From contig OZ365115.1 in assembly GCA_977030845.1 (NCBI GenBank), forward strand, positions 6,324,001 through 6,388,000: 64,000 nucleotides of DNA. The letters run 5' to 3'. The stretch is from Fimbriosthenelais zetlandica (taxonomy: Eukaryota). Both the position numbers and the translations under genes were made by a program. This document shows, one piece after another, positions 1 to 13,205 of this stretch. Positions within the stretch are counted from its first letter, which is position 1, and the number at the start of each line of letters is the position of its first letter. Under the pieces are notes generated by a model. It saw only the letters and a list, made by a program, of their open reading frames with translations. It was not told the DNA's origin and made no database searches.

Positions 1-479
1 ATTCCACCTATACTTCTGCATATATAAACTAGTGGATTGGATATAGTGTGTCAGACTTTGACATCTTCCTTCACCCAAGTAAATTGAAATCTGCTGGTGG
101 TGCTTCACTTTACTATCTTCAAAACTAGATCAATTCCAATTTGCAGAGATGGTCACTGGAGGGATCCAGGCTTCATCCTGGGGTATTTTGTACTATACCC
201 CTGATTTGTTTGTCCTCGGTACCCCCCCCCCCCCCGAGACTGACCTTTACCCCGTCCTCCAGGGTGCCACTGATAAGCCTGATCCTATATCAGCCTATTC
301 CGTCCCTTCTCGTATATAAGGCTCCTCCATTATAGAACTGTACTGGGCAGAATCTACATTATCACAACGATTCCCATTCCCCCATATTCTCTATCATGAT
401 ACATCTTAATATGTAACACTTTAATGCATCCCATCCCAAATCCTAAAATGATCTGTATGAGCTTTTCATCTTAGATTCC

Positions 480-600
480 AATGGTACACACTTATAGTTG
501 CCAAGTCTATAAGCATAAGTCAATTTGAGAGTATGTGGTCCATAGATCTAGGATAATTCACTGGGCTTGCCTCATTTATGGGATATGCCATATGAGAACT
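480..600 (-). mobile_element. possible decayed LINE RT fragment
   Basis: Minus strand INEA..RSMDHIL*LMLID resembles the LNE.Q.GFR...ST.DHIF.L..LID region; short and degenerate. Confidence 0.25.
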
Positions 601-3600
601 ACATAGAATAAGATTTCCTATAAACTTTATTACAGATATGCACCCTTTATATTGGGCCTAGCGAATGTTTAGTGGATAAGTTTGCGATATTCCAATAACT
701 TTTTGCTAAGGGCCCTATTCTAGTGGAGAATGGCGACAATAAGATAACCCATGGAGGGTTATATTCTCGGCTATCTGGCCAGACCACGCCCGCATCACAT
801 CAATATTCACCAGCCTATCTCCTCATCTATTTACAATAATACAAGTCTAGCATTGATTGACTGCAAGTTTAGTCTTTTCTGCTGGTTCTGCCACTTCTCC
901 CTGCTCAACGGTATCTCTATTGAGAAAGATGTTCATTAATTTAGATGAGATCGAGATGGGGGATCCATAAGACTAGTAATATACAATATTATGGTAAAAG
1001 TCTATTATAAATCACTAATTCCCTATACAGATGGTCATTTCCTCAGTTAGATATGTCCTTATTCTGAGGACATGCCCTGGCCATACTGCCCTTCTCACTT
1101 AGCAAACATGGACTGGATATCTAGAGTGAAGTATTAGGTTAACACATTGGGAGTGAAGTGTATTAGCTTTGATTTTTGCTTGTGACTTGAGGTCACCCAG
1201 ACACACTTGGAGAAGTATTGACTGTATGGCTGTTTTCAGGGCTGTTATCATGTGAAGGGGCAGAGGGAATCAACCTCCATCTAATCCCTCACTGTCCCGT
1301 CCCTTCACTCTGAGCTGCTCCATGTGACCTATTAACATAGAGCTATTATATTTAAGACAATTACCGGGAGGGGCAACCCAGCAAATTTAATGTCTGCGGT
1401 GGATCAAAATGTATAATGTGAAGTAATGTCCATGTTGATTAATTAAGCTTAGGTATTTTACTATTGTGGGAACTTTTTGAGATTTTGAGGTTTGGAAACG
1501 CCCCAAGAATTAAATGGAGGAATCCAAATTGTATATATAGGCTGGGCTATTGAATGAAGGTTTACAGATAGACATGTAACGTTTAATATTTGAATCACTT
1601 GTATGGAGACATAGTGGCTACAGTATCTATGAGTTAATGACCTTAGGGCATGTATTGCCTCAAGTCCCCTCTCCTAAACTGAGTCACTCATATTTGGTCA
1701 GCTTCTCCCCCCCCCCCCCCCACCCACCCCATCATCCCCCCACACACATCCCCCTCCTCTACGATGGAGGGATAATATTGATCTTCAGTACCCTCTGTTG
1801 CCCCCATTCATCCATTATTTTCACGATCTTAATCAGAAAATGCCCTGAAAAGGGACATCTGGAATGCGTCCCAAAACTTCTCATTGCTGAAGGATGCTCA
1901 AATGTCTAGGACAACGGCAACATTGATATTTTTTTTAGAATAGTTCTGCAACTTGAGACAATTCTTTTTAGGAAAAGATGTTCATATCTTCTCATGTTAG
2001 AGCAACATGATATCCAAAGCTAAATGTTGCAGGAACATGCTTGTCCTGCATTCATTACATTAGCCTGTTCACACAGACTTCTGGTAGAGATTGAGCCTCT
2101 ACCACCATGATAGTATATCTCCACCACAAACCCTGACCTCCCTCTCTATGCATGGTCCACATTGTCAGTAGTTCTCTCCCCATCCACGACTCCCTCCACC
2201 ACCAATCGTCCCCCTACAAGACTTGTGCCTGTGCCTCCACCCTCCACTCCCTCTCCTGTGTCTCTCTATGGAGACATCTTCTGGAGTTTCCTCCAGTGTG
2301 GAGACACCTATTACCTTGATCCATTAATCCATTGATGCTCCTGGGCCTACTGTCTATACTATACAGTACAAAGTCCAGCTTCTCTGGAAGGATTTTACCA
2401 CTTCATCATCAAGGCACTCTGTATATATACCCCTAGAGGATATAAGGTAGGTAGGATTGGGATATGTGTGTGGATGGGGAAGGGGTAAGAGATCTGCGAG
2501 AGCTCCAGGCTATTGTGCTGATGCTGTCAGAAAAGAGATGGTTTGGTGCCATGGTTTGGGAATACATATCTATCAGTATCTCAGACGCTAAACTCTTCTA
2601 TCATCACATTTGACGTATATATTCTCAAAGACATAGAACTTCTTTATCTAACATCACATTTGAGATATTGGGACCTGAATGAAGAAGATATTTGAACTAA
2701 AAGATGAAGCATAATTATACGGATGTATATGTTTACTACTCCTTCCTTGTTTGCTTGCACCAACTCAGCAGAATAAATAGTTTAAAGAAGGATACAGAAA
2801 AACCTTTATTCTCCTAAACCTTGCTATACTGGACCCCTCATTCCCCATTAGTGATAAAAAAATAAAATAGAGCTAAGTTTTGCTGATAGAAAGTTTAGGA
2901 TATGGCAGTAAAAGCGTTCATAGCATCGCAGATTTTGTTGCCAGAAGTTGACACATTGATGGATTTCTAGCAATCAAGTTCTGGCCTAAGGCAGTTATTT
3001 ATTTCACATGAAATATTTCAGTTGGGCAGTTAGGTTACACAAATCAAGGCATCTACCCCCAGGCCATTATACAGGCACCCAGCCATGGACAGATCTGAAG
3101 GTTGAAGCGAACCTCTGATCATTTAAATGCTTACAGGACCTCATCAGCTCATTACAATGCAGTTCAAATAATTACATCGATTTCAAGTAGAGTATCATAC
3201 TTGTATACGGTTCTGCTTGTCCTGCCAATATACTGAATTGGGCCCACCATTATGACTTTCCCACGAATGGAAGCCTGTCATAGCCAGCCCTGATGCCACT
3301 TTTTGACAGGTAAATCCTAGTAGGTGTTTTTTTGTCTGTTGTGTGAGATAGGGGGAGGTCTGGTGGTATCCAGGTGGGGTGGTGGTATATGGGGATATGT
3401 ACTGGGGTGGAGGGGGAGGGAGGGGAGGAGATATGATTTCACTACCCCAACACTCTCTCCCCAGGACATAGGTTCACGGTTGATAAACAACCAGGGCTAG
3501 GAGAACACTCAGACTGGTGGAGAGAGAACGGGAGATATCTCAATGTTTGCTTTGGTTTGAGGTGGGAAATTATAGATCTGAAAACAGTTTAACCCAGTGC

Positions 3601-5704
3601 CACTAAAACCAAATTGGAAATTGAGATTCTGTAATATCATGTAACATGGGAAATAGTTTGTTGGTGAAATAGGGCCTACAATTCCCGTTTTAGGATTGCT
3701 CTATATATCGATATGGAATTGATAGATTGACGCATTTTTTAAGAAGCTTTTCCCTTGGTCCTTTCTAAATCATTTGATACTAAGAATTAGATTTAATATA
3801 GATTCTTCTTTTTGGCTTGGTGTTCTAGGAAGTGTCAAGTAGGCAGGAGCTTTCTCATACATACATGTATGTCCCTGACTCCAGGAAATATGAACCATAA
3901 GATACTGTAGTATTGTTTGAGGTTGCCAGGCAGCATCTTTAGTGGTTATGATGCATTGCTTGGCAGCACGGCCATGTATTTACACAGTCAGTACTAATCT
4001 ACATGTGTAGTTGTGAAAATTGACCGGTCCCGGAAGCAATATGTCAAGTGCACACCAAGCCGTAAATAATATGATGTGTAAATTAAGTTTTCTTTGGGGT
4101 TGTTTTACCGAAGAAAATATAACGATTTTTAATCATTATAAAGTAATGATTTTTCATTCATTCAGTCAGTTAATTCTTTAGGCGTCCCCTCTTAATATCT
4201 TTTACGATGTACCTCTATACTATCATGTCTCATTCCTCTCCCCAGCCCACCCACCTTCCCCCAACCACCAGCATATCCTTGCCTGCAAATAGGCTGCATG
4301 ATAACCCACTACTAGTACCGGATACTGTTAGGAAATGATGGAAGATAAAAACGTGGAATGAACAATACCCAGTCTTTGTAGTTGACACCAGCTGTTTGCA
4401 TGGCCCTCTATCCTCCAGCCAGTGTACCGTGTTCACCATTCCTTCACCTATTAACACTTTTTATCAACAATGTTTAGTTACGTAGACTTAGACACTGAAC
4501 ACTCCATTGTCCTATACCCTCCAGACCCGTTCTAGTTAGACGTTTATTTCCTGATGAAAAAGACTCTTGTCTGGCTAATTTTTCAGCCTTTTAATCATTG
4601 GATCTTTTGCAGTATTTATCCACACGAAATTGGTAATTACCCGAGTAAAAGACATTTTAATTAAAAGTTTTAAACATATGAATTATATAATTAAAAGTTT
4701 TAAACCTATAAATTACATTTCTATCTGATACCCTGCTCTACACTTATGGAGTATGTTTACTTGACCTCATATTTTATGTGTCGAGTGTAAATAGTGCATC
4801 ATGTAAAAGATGAAAAAAATCCCCTACTATTCAATGAGTGAGCGGCCACACATCCCATAGCTGATCCTGTGGACATGGCTGTAAATGAAACCTAACTGTA
4901 TCCAGAGCTGTCTATGGTTCCCCTGGCTTACACCAGAGGGCAGCATCTGTTGGATTGTGGCCACAGTTGGGCCCAATGTACATGCAGAGAAAGAACTTAT
5001 TCCTTTCATAGTAGCAAGAATTATGAATTAAAATATTCAAAATATTGGAAATGGACTGGAATCATATCAGTCATATCTTGCCTGTATAAGCCATAAGCCA
5101 TAATCTGGAATTGCCTAATTTTGTTGATATGTGGTGAAGAAACGTAAGATTGTACAGTTGAGGTTCACTAGCAAATAGCCAGACATGGAGTAAAAGGCCA
5201 GTGACCAGCCCACTTTGTTGTAACAGAATAGAATGAGTGGATGACTCAGTTGTGAGGGAGCCAACATGTGGTCTGAATCTGCTGCTATCTTTGTGATAAC
5301 CCATCTAAACCAGTATGGCTACAGTCACTGTCCCATTCCACTCTCCCACAACATGATGTCTTCCTGGAAGTACCTAGAAATCCTAGTACACTATGGTCAG
5401 AAACCTCAGACCAGAATATGAAAACAAACTTTTAAAAACCATAACAAAAGGTGAGCTATGCCTATTCCAGAGTCAGTTCTCCATGTGCTTTCGAAATGGG
5501 AAAGACGTCTGAAATATTCTACCAATTTCCCTGGTTTATATATGCCTCAGGAATATTTAAATTAACTGCCACCATCTGGAACTGTATTAAGTACATCTTC
5601 TCCTCTCCCCCCCCCCCCCCCCCCCATTCTTTCTAAGTTCTACATAAGCTAACTGAAGTACTCAGTTTAAGCACCTGACTCAGGCAGTAAACCCGTGGAT
5701 TATA

Positions 5705-5849
5705 ATGCCAGGAATTCTCCCGATTACTGCCAGAGTACTCCCCAGACTATCATGCTTCCCGGTACAGCCCTGACCCGGAAGCTGATCCCAGGGATCGTGC
5801 TTTCACTTCCTGCGGTCATGACCTCACGGAAGTGAACCGAGAAGCTAGG
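5705..5849 (+). CDS. candidate additional alternative 5' exon of liprin-beta
   Basis: CpG-rich patch. Either ATG5705-5761 (MPGILPITARVLPRLSCFP|gtacag, phase 0) or 5712-5849 (EFSRLLPEYSPDY...VNREAR|gtaaga, phase 0); both are frame-compatible with exon 13074. Confidence 0.35.
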
Positions 5850-8800
5850 GTAAGACGATCCTGACAGCCTGAAATACGTTACAGTAAAATGGCTGAAAAA
5901 TAAGCTGTAGAGATCTATCATCTGTGATCTGAGAATGTGAAAATTCCTGTCACTTACAAAAAATAGAGAAAACCAGTAAAAATATTCTCGGTCGCGTAAA
6001 TAAACCAATCAGTCATGGGGTTGCAATACTAACACAAAAAAATAGTTAAATGTAGAAATGATATTACCCACAATGCTAAAAGTTCTCATGTGTATAAAAA
6101 ATGGAATTATCATTTTATATTATCATTGGGAATAAAATAACTTTATGACTATGGCTATTAGTATAGCCCTAGCTTTTATGAGTAGAAGTACAGTGTACAT
6201 GTATACCAAAAACTGGCCACCAAGTTTAGAGTGAGTTGAATCATGACCACCCCACCCACACCTATATCATACTGTCTATATAATGAGGTACATAAATCAG
6301 AGCACCTGACACACTACTCTGTCAGGGGTCGCTAGCTGCAGCCACGGTGGACAAAGGCTGACCTTTGATCTAGCTGTCACAAATCAGACCTTTACATTGT
6401 TACATAGACACAGATATTCTTAAACTACCGTAATGCTTCAGCTGAATGCTCAGACCATTTGATGGTGGCCATGTTAAATTAGCCATGTGTTACTTTGAGT
6501 ACTGTAATTAAATTAAAGTTACAGTGGATATTGGTTCTGGTCGGCCTCGACCCTTGCAGCTTGGGCTTGATATGTTTGATTATTTCTTGAATAATCTTTA
6601 CTCAGTCCCAGAAAGCTAATTTGGGGTGTTAGTTGTGTACCTGGCTCCTAAACGAGTCATTGCGGTATACCATGGTTAAGTGTCAAGAGACAGAAATGCA
6701 GAAACTGTGCCCAGCATACTAATAATATCCTGCTGGGCTCAACCTACCATTCAACCATGTCATGTTAGAACATGGAATCAAAACATTAACCTGGGTAAAT
6801 GACAATTAATAATATACATCTAGCTCCACCTTAGATACTCGCTATTGTCCATCTTGCATATTCCATTGCTGATATATTCCCTGGGAGGAATTTGCCATAA
6901 ACACCCTTGAAATATGACAAAGATCTCTACTCCCAAAAGTATGCCCTTTACAATGGAAATTATGACATGTATTTTAATACATTTGTAATGGCAATCGAAT
7001 GATTTGTCCATGTCCTTTAGGCCCCTTTAAATTGAATATTTGGAATTATCACACTGTTCAAAGCACATAAAAGTAAATCATACTTAGTACCTCCACCAGT
7101 ACAAATCGGTCAAGAGGAATCTGATGAAATACCTGTGTAACTTAGTGAACACGAACGCAAGACAGAATCACTTGTAGTGGAGAAGGAACAGCAAAGCACG
7201 AGCCTCATGATGTGTTAGAACCAGTAAAGCATGAGGCTCATAGACTCCGCTGTGTTTGCTTTCATAGGGTTATCTACCATTTAGTTCACATGTAAATTAA
7301 TGTTTTTTTACCACTAGCCTATCACTGTGATGTTAATGTTTGATATGATATTTACCTAACTTCTCAAAGGATTTTGATACATTTATGAATTTCGATCTCT
7401 TTGTACTGATTACTTAAGTTTGGTATGGAAATGACTGATAAGTAGAAAATTTTTTTATGCCACTTGTTGCATTCCATATAAAATACCTGCTTCTGTGTCA
7501 AAAAGCATAACAATTAATGTTGACTGTTTTGGGCCAAATATTGAAATACAGGACCTTGGGCAGTGGCATTAATGAGTACATAGGTGAACTTGTTATTTGG
7601 CCTTTGGAATTCGAAAATAACCTTCAGGCCAAATCCGATCCTATAGTTCATACCTATATTGTTACTGCCCAAGGGCTGGTAACTCTTGAAATACCATCAA
7701 GATATGCATACGTGATGCTAAAATTATCCAATTTCGTATCAAATTTTAAGATCAGTTGTTAGAATAGAGTATTAGACCTAACGATTATGCTCTGTCATAT
7801 TTGAGGATTCATATTTGAGGAAAAAATATTGCCACAGGTCTGAAAAGGTCTTGCATGCCAAGTATTCATAAGTTTGTAGTGCCAAAATGGTAGGAAAAAA
7901 AGAGAAATGTTGTTTACAGTTCCATTGCCGGCCAAAATACCTAGTTTAGTGGGTGTTTACCTTGCAATATTGCAAGTCAATGTGGCGTTATGAATTCAAG
8001 TGAACAGACTGGAAGCTTTTGGATATTTATGTAACAAATATGATGAAGAGGGTCCAATAAAATGTCCATATGCATTTGTGTGCTCTGCACAACCCTGAAA
8101 GCATGGGATATTTCAGTAATAAAACTTAACTGTTCCCATGCTTAATAACCCTTGCTGTTTATAGCATTGCCCCCTCTTCACTTCACCCCCATTGTCCATC
8201 AGGGGAAGGAAGTCAATAGACAAGCTAAATAGCTCTTTACACATCCATGACAGCGGTCAAGCGTGCTCATTTACAGTGGTCACTCACCCATTGTCTGGTC
8301 ATTGTCATGTGATCAGGGGGTAAAGCTAACCCGATAATAATCACCTTACAGTGTATCCATTTTTGGATTAGGTTCGGTTCTACTTACCCACGCCTCTATG
8401 CTTCTCTTACAGTGGTATAGGCCTATTCGCCCCAGGTCTTACTAAATAGTTCTAGTTTCTGTCAATAGTGGGCTCACTGGTAGGTTTCTGCCTTGGGGTA
8501 AAAACTTGATTGGTTTAGGTTTACCATAGGTCTACCCTGTGGACATTTTCCTCCAGATTAAAGAGATATATCTTACAAATACTTGGGCCTAACAAAGACC
8601 TTGATCACTTTGATGGTATGTCCAAAATCTTTAGAACTTTGTGAACTAAATGCTCTCATATTCGAAAAGGATATGTTTGAGAGCAACAAGAGAAAATGCC
8701 TGGAAACAACATCAACAAGGATGAGCTTGCAATATGTGATTCCATGTCATGTATAGGAATCTCTATTAAGCTGAAAATACCCAGGCATGTATTACACAAA

Positions 8801-9319
8801 CCATTGCTGTATTGATTCCTGTGCAGACATTGTGTTGGCCATTATGACCACCTTGGGACGTGTCTCTTGAGCGGTATAATGCTTACACCACAGGGCGAGA
8901 AGGCCAACGATTAGCTGGCAAATTGAGAGATTGGATTTAACCCTGGGCTATATCACTACCTTTTAAATTGATCGAAGTGTGGGCAAAGAAATTCGGGTGA
9001 GATATCGAACAGAGAGAGTGTAGCTTAGTGCTAAACGGTGGAGGCATGGTAGAGGACGGGAGGGTGGGGTGAATGATTTACTGAATAGTGCAGAAAGTGA
9101 TGAAAGGAAGGTATTGGGTAGAGGGTTGTGGAGGTGAGAGAAAAGGGAAGGCCATTTAGAGAAAACCCTAAATGAACATAGATCTATATAGACCCCAAAG
9201 AATCTTCCTATATTTTCCTTACCATAAGAAACATACTTGATGGAACTTGTTTGTCCTGCATTTGGTTATGAAGTGCTGGGAATATAGTGTAGCGGCTCGA
9301 GTTTCTGTTTAAAGTTGAT

Positions 9320-9890
9320 GTGTGCTGAGGGTGAGGAGAGAGGGTGGGGAAGAGGGAGGGAGGGGTTGAGGGGTCAGAAAGGGCATATCAGGTGTGGTGA
9401 GAGAGAAATCTGGGAGAGGTGAAGGGAGAAGGGAGATCCAGAGAGAAGACAGGGAAAGATATAGGTGTATGTATCTGAATGGAGAGGAAAAGAGGTTCAA
9501 AAGATCCAAAATAGACAGGTGGACAGATTGGGTGTATGGAGGGTAAGTGATGAATGGATGATCATAGGACGGGACGTGTCTGATAATAGGGTTAGATGTA
9601 AACAGATAGACTCACTGACATCCAGACAGACAGAAAGGCTGGGAATGATGACTTTCTGGTGCTGGAGGGTTTTCTAACATTGAACCCTAACCCTCTCTAC
9701 CTCTCTTCATCTCTACCTCTTCATCCCTCTCCCGATCTCCCTCTCTCTCCTCGCCCTCGCCCTCCTTCTCTTTCTCCTTCCCTGTCACTCCCTCTCTCCC
9801 TCCCTTTCTACCTCTCACTCTCTCCATCCCTATCTCCCTCCCTGTACCTCTATCTCCCCCTCTTCCCCCTCTCTCCATCCATGCCTGACA
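9320..9890. repeat. low-complexity purine-rich then pyrimidine-rich tracts
   Basis: GA-rich at about 9320-9490 and CT-rich at about 9690-9880; accounts for the spurious ORFs here. Confidence 0.85.
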
Positions 9891-10149
9891 AGCTGCATCA
9901 AGCACTCCAATAGTAGTAGTAAGGGGGAGTGAGAGAAGCACTGGCCTCCCCTATAGACAACCAACTACTCCACCATTCTATTCACATGTACCTCAGTCTG
10001 TTACCTGCACCACATGGTGTGTAATAAGCTCTATGATCAGCTCCACTAACTACTACAGGCACCTGGACCTGACAAGGCAGGACGTACATGGTGGAATCAC
10101 ACTGTTAGACGTCCTACACTTTATATGGAACTTCTAAAATTGGAATCTT

Positions 10150-10480
10150 TTGTGATTTTGTGGTTTATGGATGAGGAAGAAGGGAGGAGTGGTCGTACTT
10201 GGAAAGTAGAGGAGTTGTTACTTTCAGTTAGGTTGTTGGTAGTTGTTGTGTTGATCATTGATGAGATCAGATTGATTTTGTTTGGAATAGTCAGAATAGT
10301 CAATCCGAAAATGACTGATTGACTGTCAGACAGACCAGTGCCTGGACAGACAAGGAGTTGAGCATTGCTTATGAGCTTATCAAAAGGAATGGTAAATCTA
10401 CTGAAAATCGTCAAAGTGGATTTGTGAGGATTCTTTCCATCCCATGTGTAAATGCCAGAACTTACTAAATGCATTTCAGT
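10150..10480 (-). mobile_element. highly decayed CR1/L2-like non-LTR reverse transcriptase fragment
   Basis: Minus-strand TIFSRFTIPFDKLISN...LSDSQSV and PLL/FLIH loosely echo DFSKAFD..LLSKL...LSDR.QSV and GPLLFLIYIND. Confidence 0.4.
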
Positions 10481-11361
10481 TTGTTCCATTAAGGAGATCT
10501 TATTGGAGTGATATATTTGAGTTGAAGTTTCTTTAGGATCTACTCAGTAGGGATCCAAGCCAAAGCTGGGATACACAAGTGTGTCAGAGGTGTGTATAGG
10601 CCACCTCGTCACACATAAAGGAATCACTTGGTCTTGCTAGAAAAACAAACCTACATTCAGACGATGTCCATTGTTATTCTCGACCCACACCCCACTCTCT
10701 ACTCCCTGAACAACCATTTCACAGGGTTTTCTCCATCTTGAAATAGCCCTGCCCGATCTAATGTTTGTGTGTGGGGTACAGAGCTGAGGATTTTGAACTT
10801 GGATGGGATTACTGTGATAGATCTGTTCACTTGTTACAGAATCAATACAGACTTTCTTTGAACCAACGCCATCTGTTTCTTATAAGTGTTTTAAGGACTT
10901 TTACTGATCTACGAATTTACAAAGTACATACCTGACATTCAAAGTGGAAATGTTTATTTGATCTGAGAGGAAGCGACGGTGAATGACGCGGATGTGAAAT
11001 CACCCCAAAGAAATAGTGAAGCCAAAGAAATAGTGAAGAGCTTGAAACACCAAGGAATGAGTTGGAACCTTCAGTAAACAACAAGCAAAAGTGAAATCAT
11101 TGAGGAAAATAACATGACGATTGAAGTTCTTGATTCAATGAATTGAAACCTAAGGCTTAAGTCAGGATAACTTAAAGTGGTCAATTGTGATTTCCATTTT
11201 TTATTGGGATATATCAATTGAGAAATCTTACTTCAGTTGATGACCTCTCATATCCCGTATGCTACTGGGAAAGTCATCAGTTTAGGATCTGGATTTATGA
11301 ATCGTGAATAGAGTGACTATTTTAGGGATTATCGTGATATCATCCTATATAAGCATTGTCC

Positions 11362-11430
11362 ATGGCTCTATGTGGGTGTGTGCCCGGGCGGAGTCGGCGG
11401 GCAGCCCGGGAGAAAACAGAGCACGACCCG
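11362..11430 (+). CDS. candidate alternative first coding exon of liprin-beta MALCGCVPGRSRRAAREKTEHDP
   Basis: ATG at 11362, CpG-rich, 69 nt, strong CCG|gtatgt donor; phase 0 matches the 13074 acceptor. Confidence 0.6.
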
Positions 11431-13073
11431 GTATGTCAACCTGCCTCAATGTGGGGGTCCATAACTAATATAATCTGTCCTTTTGTTTGTTTAGTTGCTC
11501 AGCTACGTCTGTCCTCCCATCATCTGTCCCTAAACTGTGCATATATTATAGAGTTAAAATGATGGTTTGTCAACTTTTATACGTTGCCAATCATTGAGGC
11601 CATTTTGATGGTTTGTGTAACAGCTTTCAAAATTTAACTTGCATGGGTTTAAAAAAAATGATTTAATTCAAAGAAAAATGTATTCTTGATCTCTAAAGTA
11701 AAGATCCTATATCTATTATTTAGACTATATGACATGGATTGCTGAAACGGTATTTCCCTTGCACAAAGTTGTTTAATGATTTTATTAAGTTTTCTATTAA
11801 GATTCTCTTGCCTAAGCTCTGCTATATATAGACGATCTATTTCTTGTATATTACAAAGGCTGACCCTAAACTTTGACCCAGTTCTGTCCTATATTAGGGC
11901 AGTATGTCACACCAGCTAGTCCGCCATAACCAAAGACTATACACATAGTACTCAGAGATTGTGTCAACAGTTGATATAGTAAAGAGGTGACAAAGTTCCC
12001 AGGTATATTGTACATATCTCCTAGAACTAAATCATTGATTTTACTGGAGATAATTGGATTCACTGACTGTTTAAACAGAGTTTGGAGTAAGTACAGCAAA
12101 CAGTATCTCATTGACTTGGCTGTTGGCATCAGATAGTAGTCACAGTGTTGGAGATTCATCTACTGTTTATATGTAACTAGTGGGATATTTTCCTCATGGA
12201 CCCCTTCTTCATTCACTCATACAATATTGACTAAAATCAATTGCTGATGACAATCCTGTGCTTTGAGGCGGTGTCACCAAATGGATTGCAGCAGTAGATA
12301 GTAGTCTATTCTAGATTGACATCATCTCTTTAACAGTTTTATATTTCGTGACTGATTGTCAATTTATTGCCCAACAAGTTTTGTCCTTAAATCTGTCACA
12401 GTTCACATACTAATTCCATTTATGACTTTCATGATGTCATAAAGTTTGAACCAAATGTTGCAGTTTTAATGTTTTAACCACCATATCTGTAACAATTTGA
12501 ATTTGGCAATAATCTCCATTATGAATAGGCATTATACATGTCATGTATGTATACATGACATGAAATCATCTATCATATAATGTTTTTCCCTGTCTAGCAT
12601 TCATGACTCTATATTGAATTGACCTCTATATGGTGGGTTGTTGATAGGATCATTTCTGTATAATGTGATACACATGTATATATGGGGAATTCTCTCACTG
12701 GGGGCACTGGTTCACGTTCCTGCAGGGAGACAGCTGTCTGTGGCACCCCTTTGTACTCTTGTTAGGTTTACCCTTAGTTAATTGCACGATACATCGAGTA
12801 TACATTGTATACATCTGTAACACTTGGTTTAACAACTTCAAGGCTGTGGTCCCCATGAGAATATCCCAATTTCAATCTAATACGTAACACAAATTTATCA
12901 TGGCATAAATCTTTTGACATTGGAAGAACAATGCCTGAAATTATAGTATTCATTAGAATATGAAAAATTCTGTATTTTAACCAAAAAAATATATATTATT
13001 CTTGTAAATAATTTACATAACTTTATTTCAGTGATTTGTTATATTAATGTGGCATTATTTTGACTATTTTCAG

Positions 13074-13205
13074 GAGCTGATAAGTCGCACGACTCTCGAG
13101 ACCCACAAGCTGGACCTGATGGCAGAGATATCCAACCTCAAACTTAAACTGGCCACCTCCGAGAAAGACAGGCGGGAAGCGGCAGAACGCCTCGCTCATG
13201 CTCAG
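13074..13205 (+). CDS. PPFIBP1: liprin-beta exon (coiled coil) ELISRTTLETHKLDLMAEISNLKLKLATSEKDRREAAERLAHAQ
   Basis: ttttcag| and |gtaaat; 132 nt, phase 0-0; close match to recalled vertebrate ELLSRTSLETQKLDLMAEISNLKLKL. Confidence 0.96.

Noticed and set aside
2476-2510. GEGVRDLRELQ resembling the liprin-beta N-terminal GEKIRDLE motif
   Set aside because: No acceptor or in-frame continuation to a phase-0 donor; likely chance. The N-terminal exons probably lie upstream of the window.
8560-8600. SYKYLGL motif of non-LTR reverse transcriptases
   Set aside because: Isolated 7-aa match without alignable flanks.
9309-9941. Four track ORFs rich in L/S/P or G/R/E
   Set aside because: Products of GA/CT low-complexity sequence.
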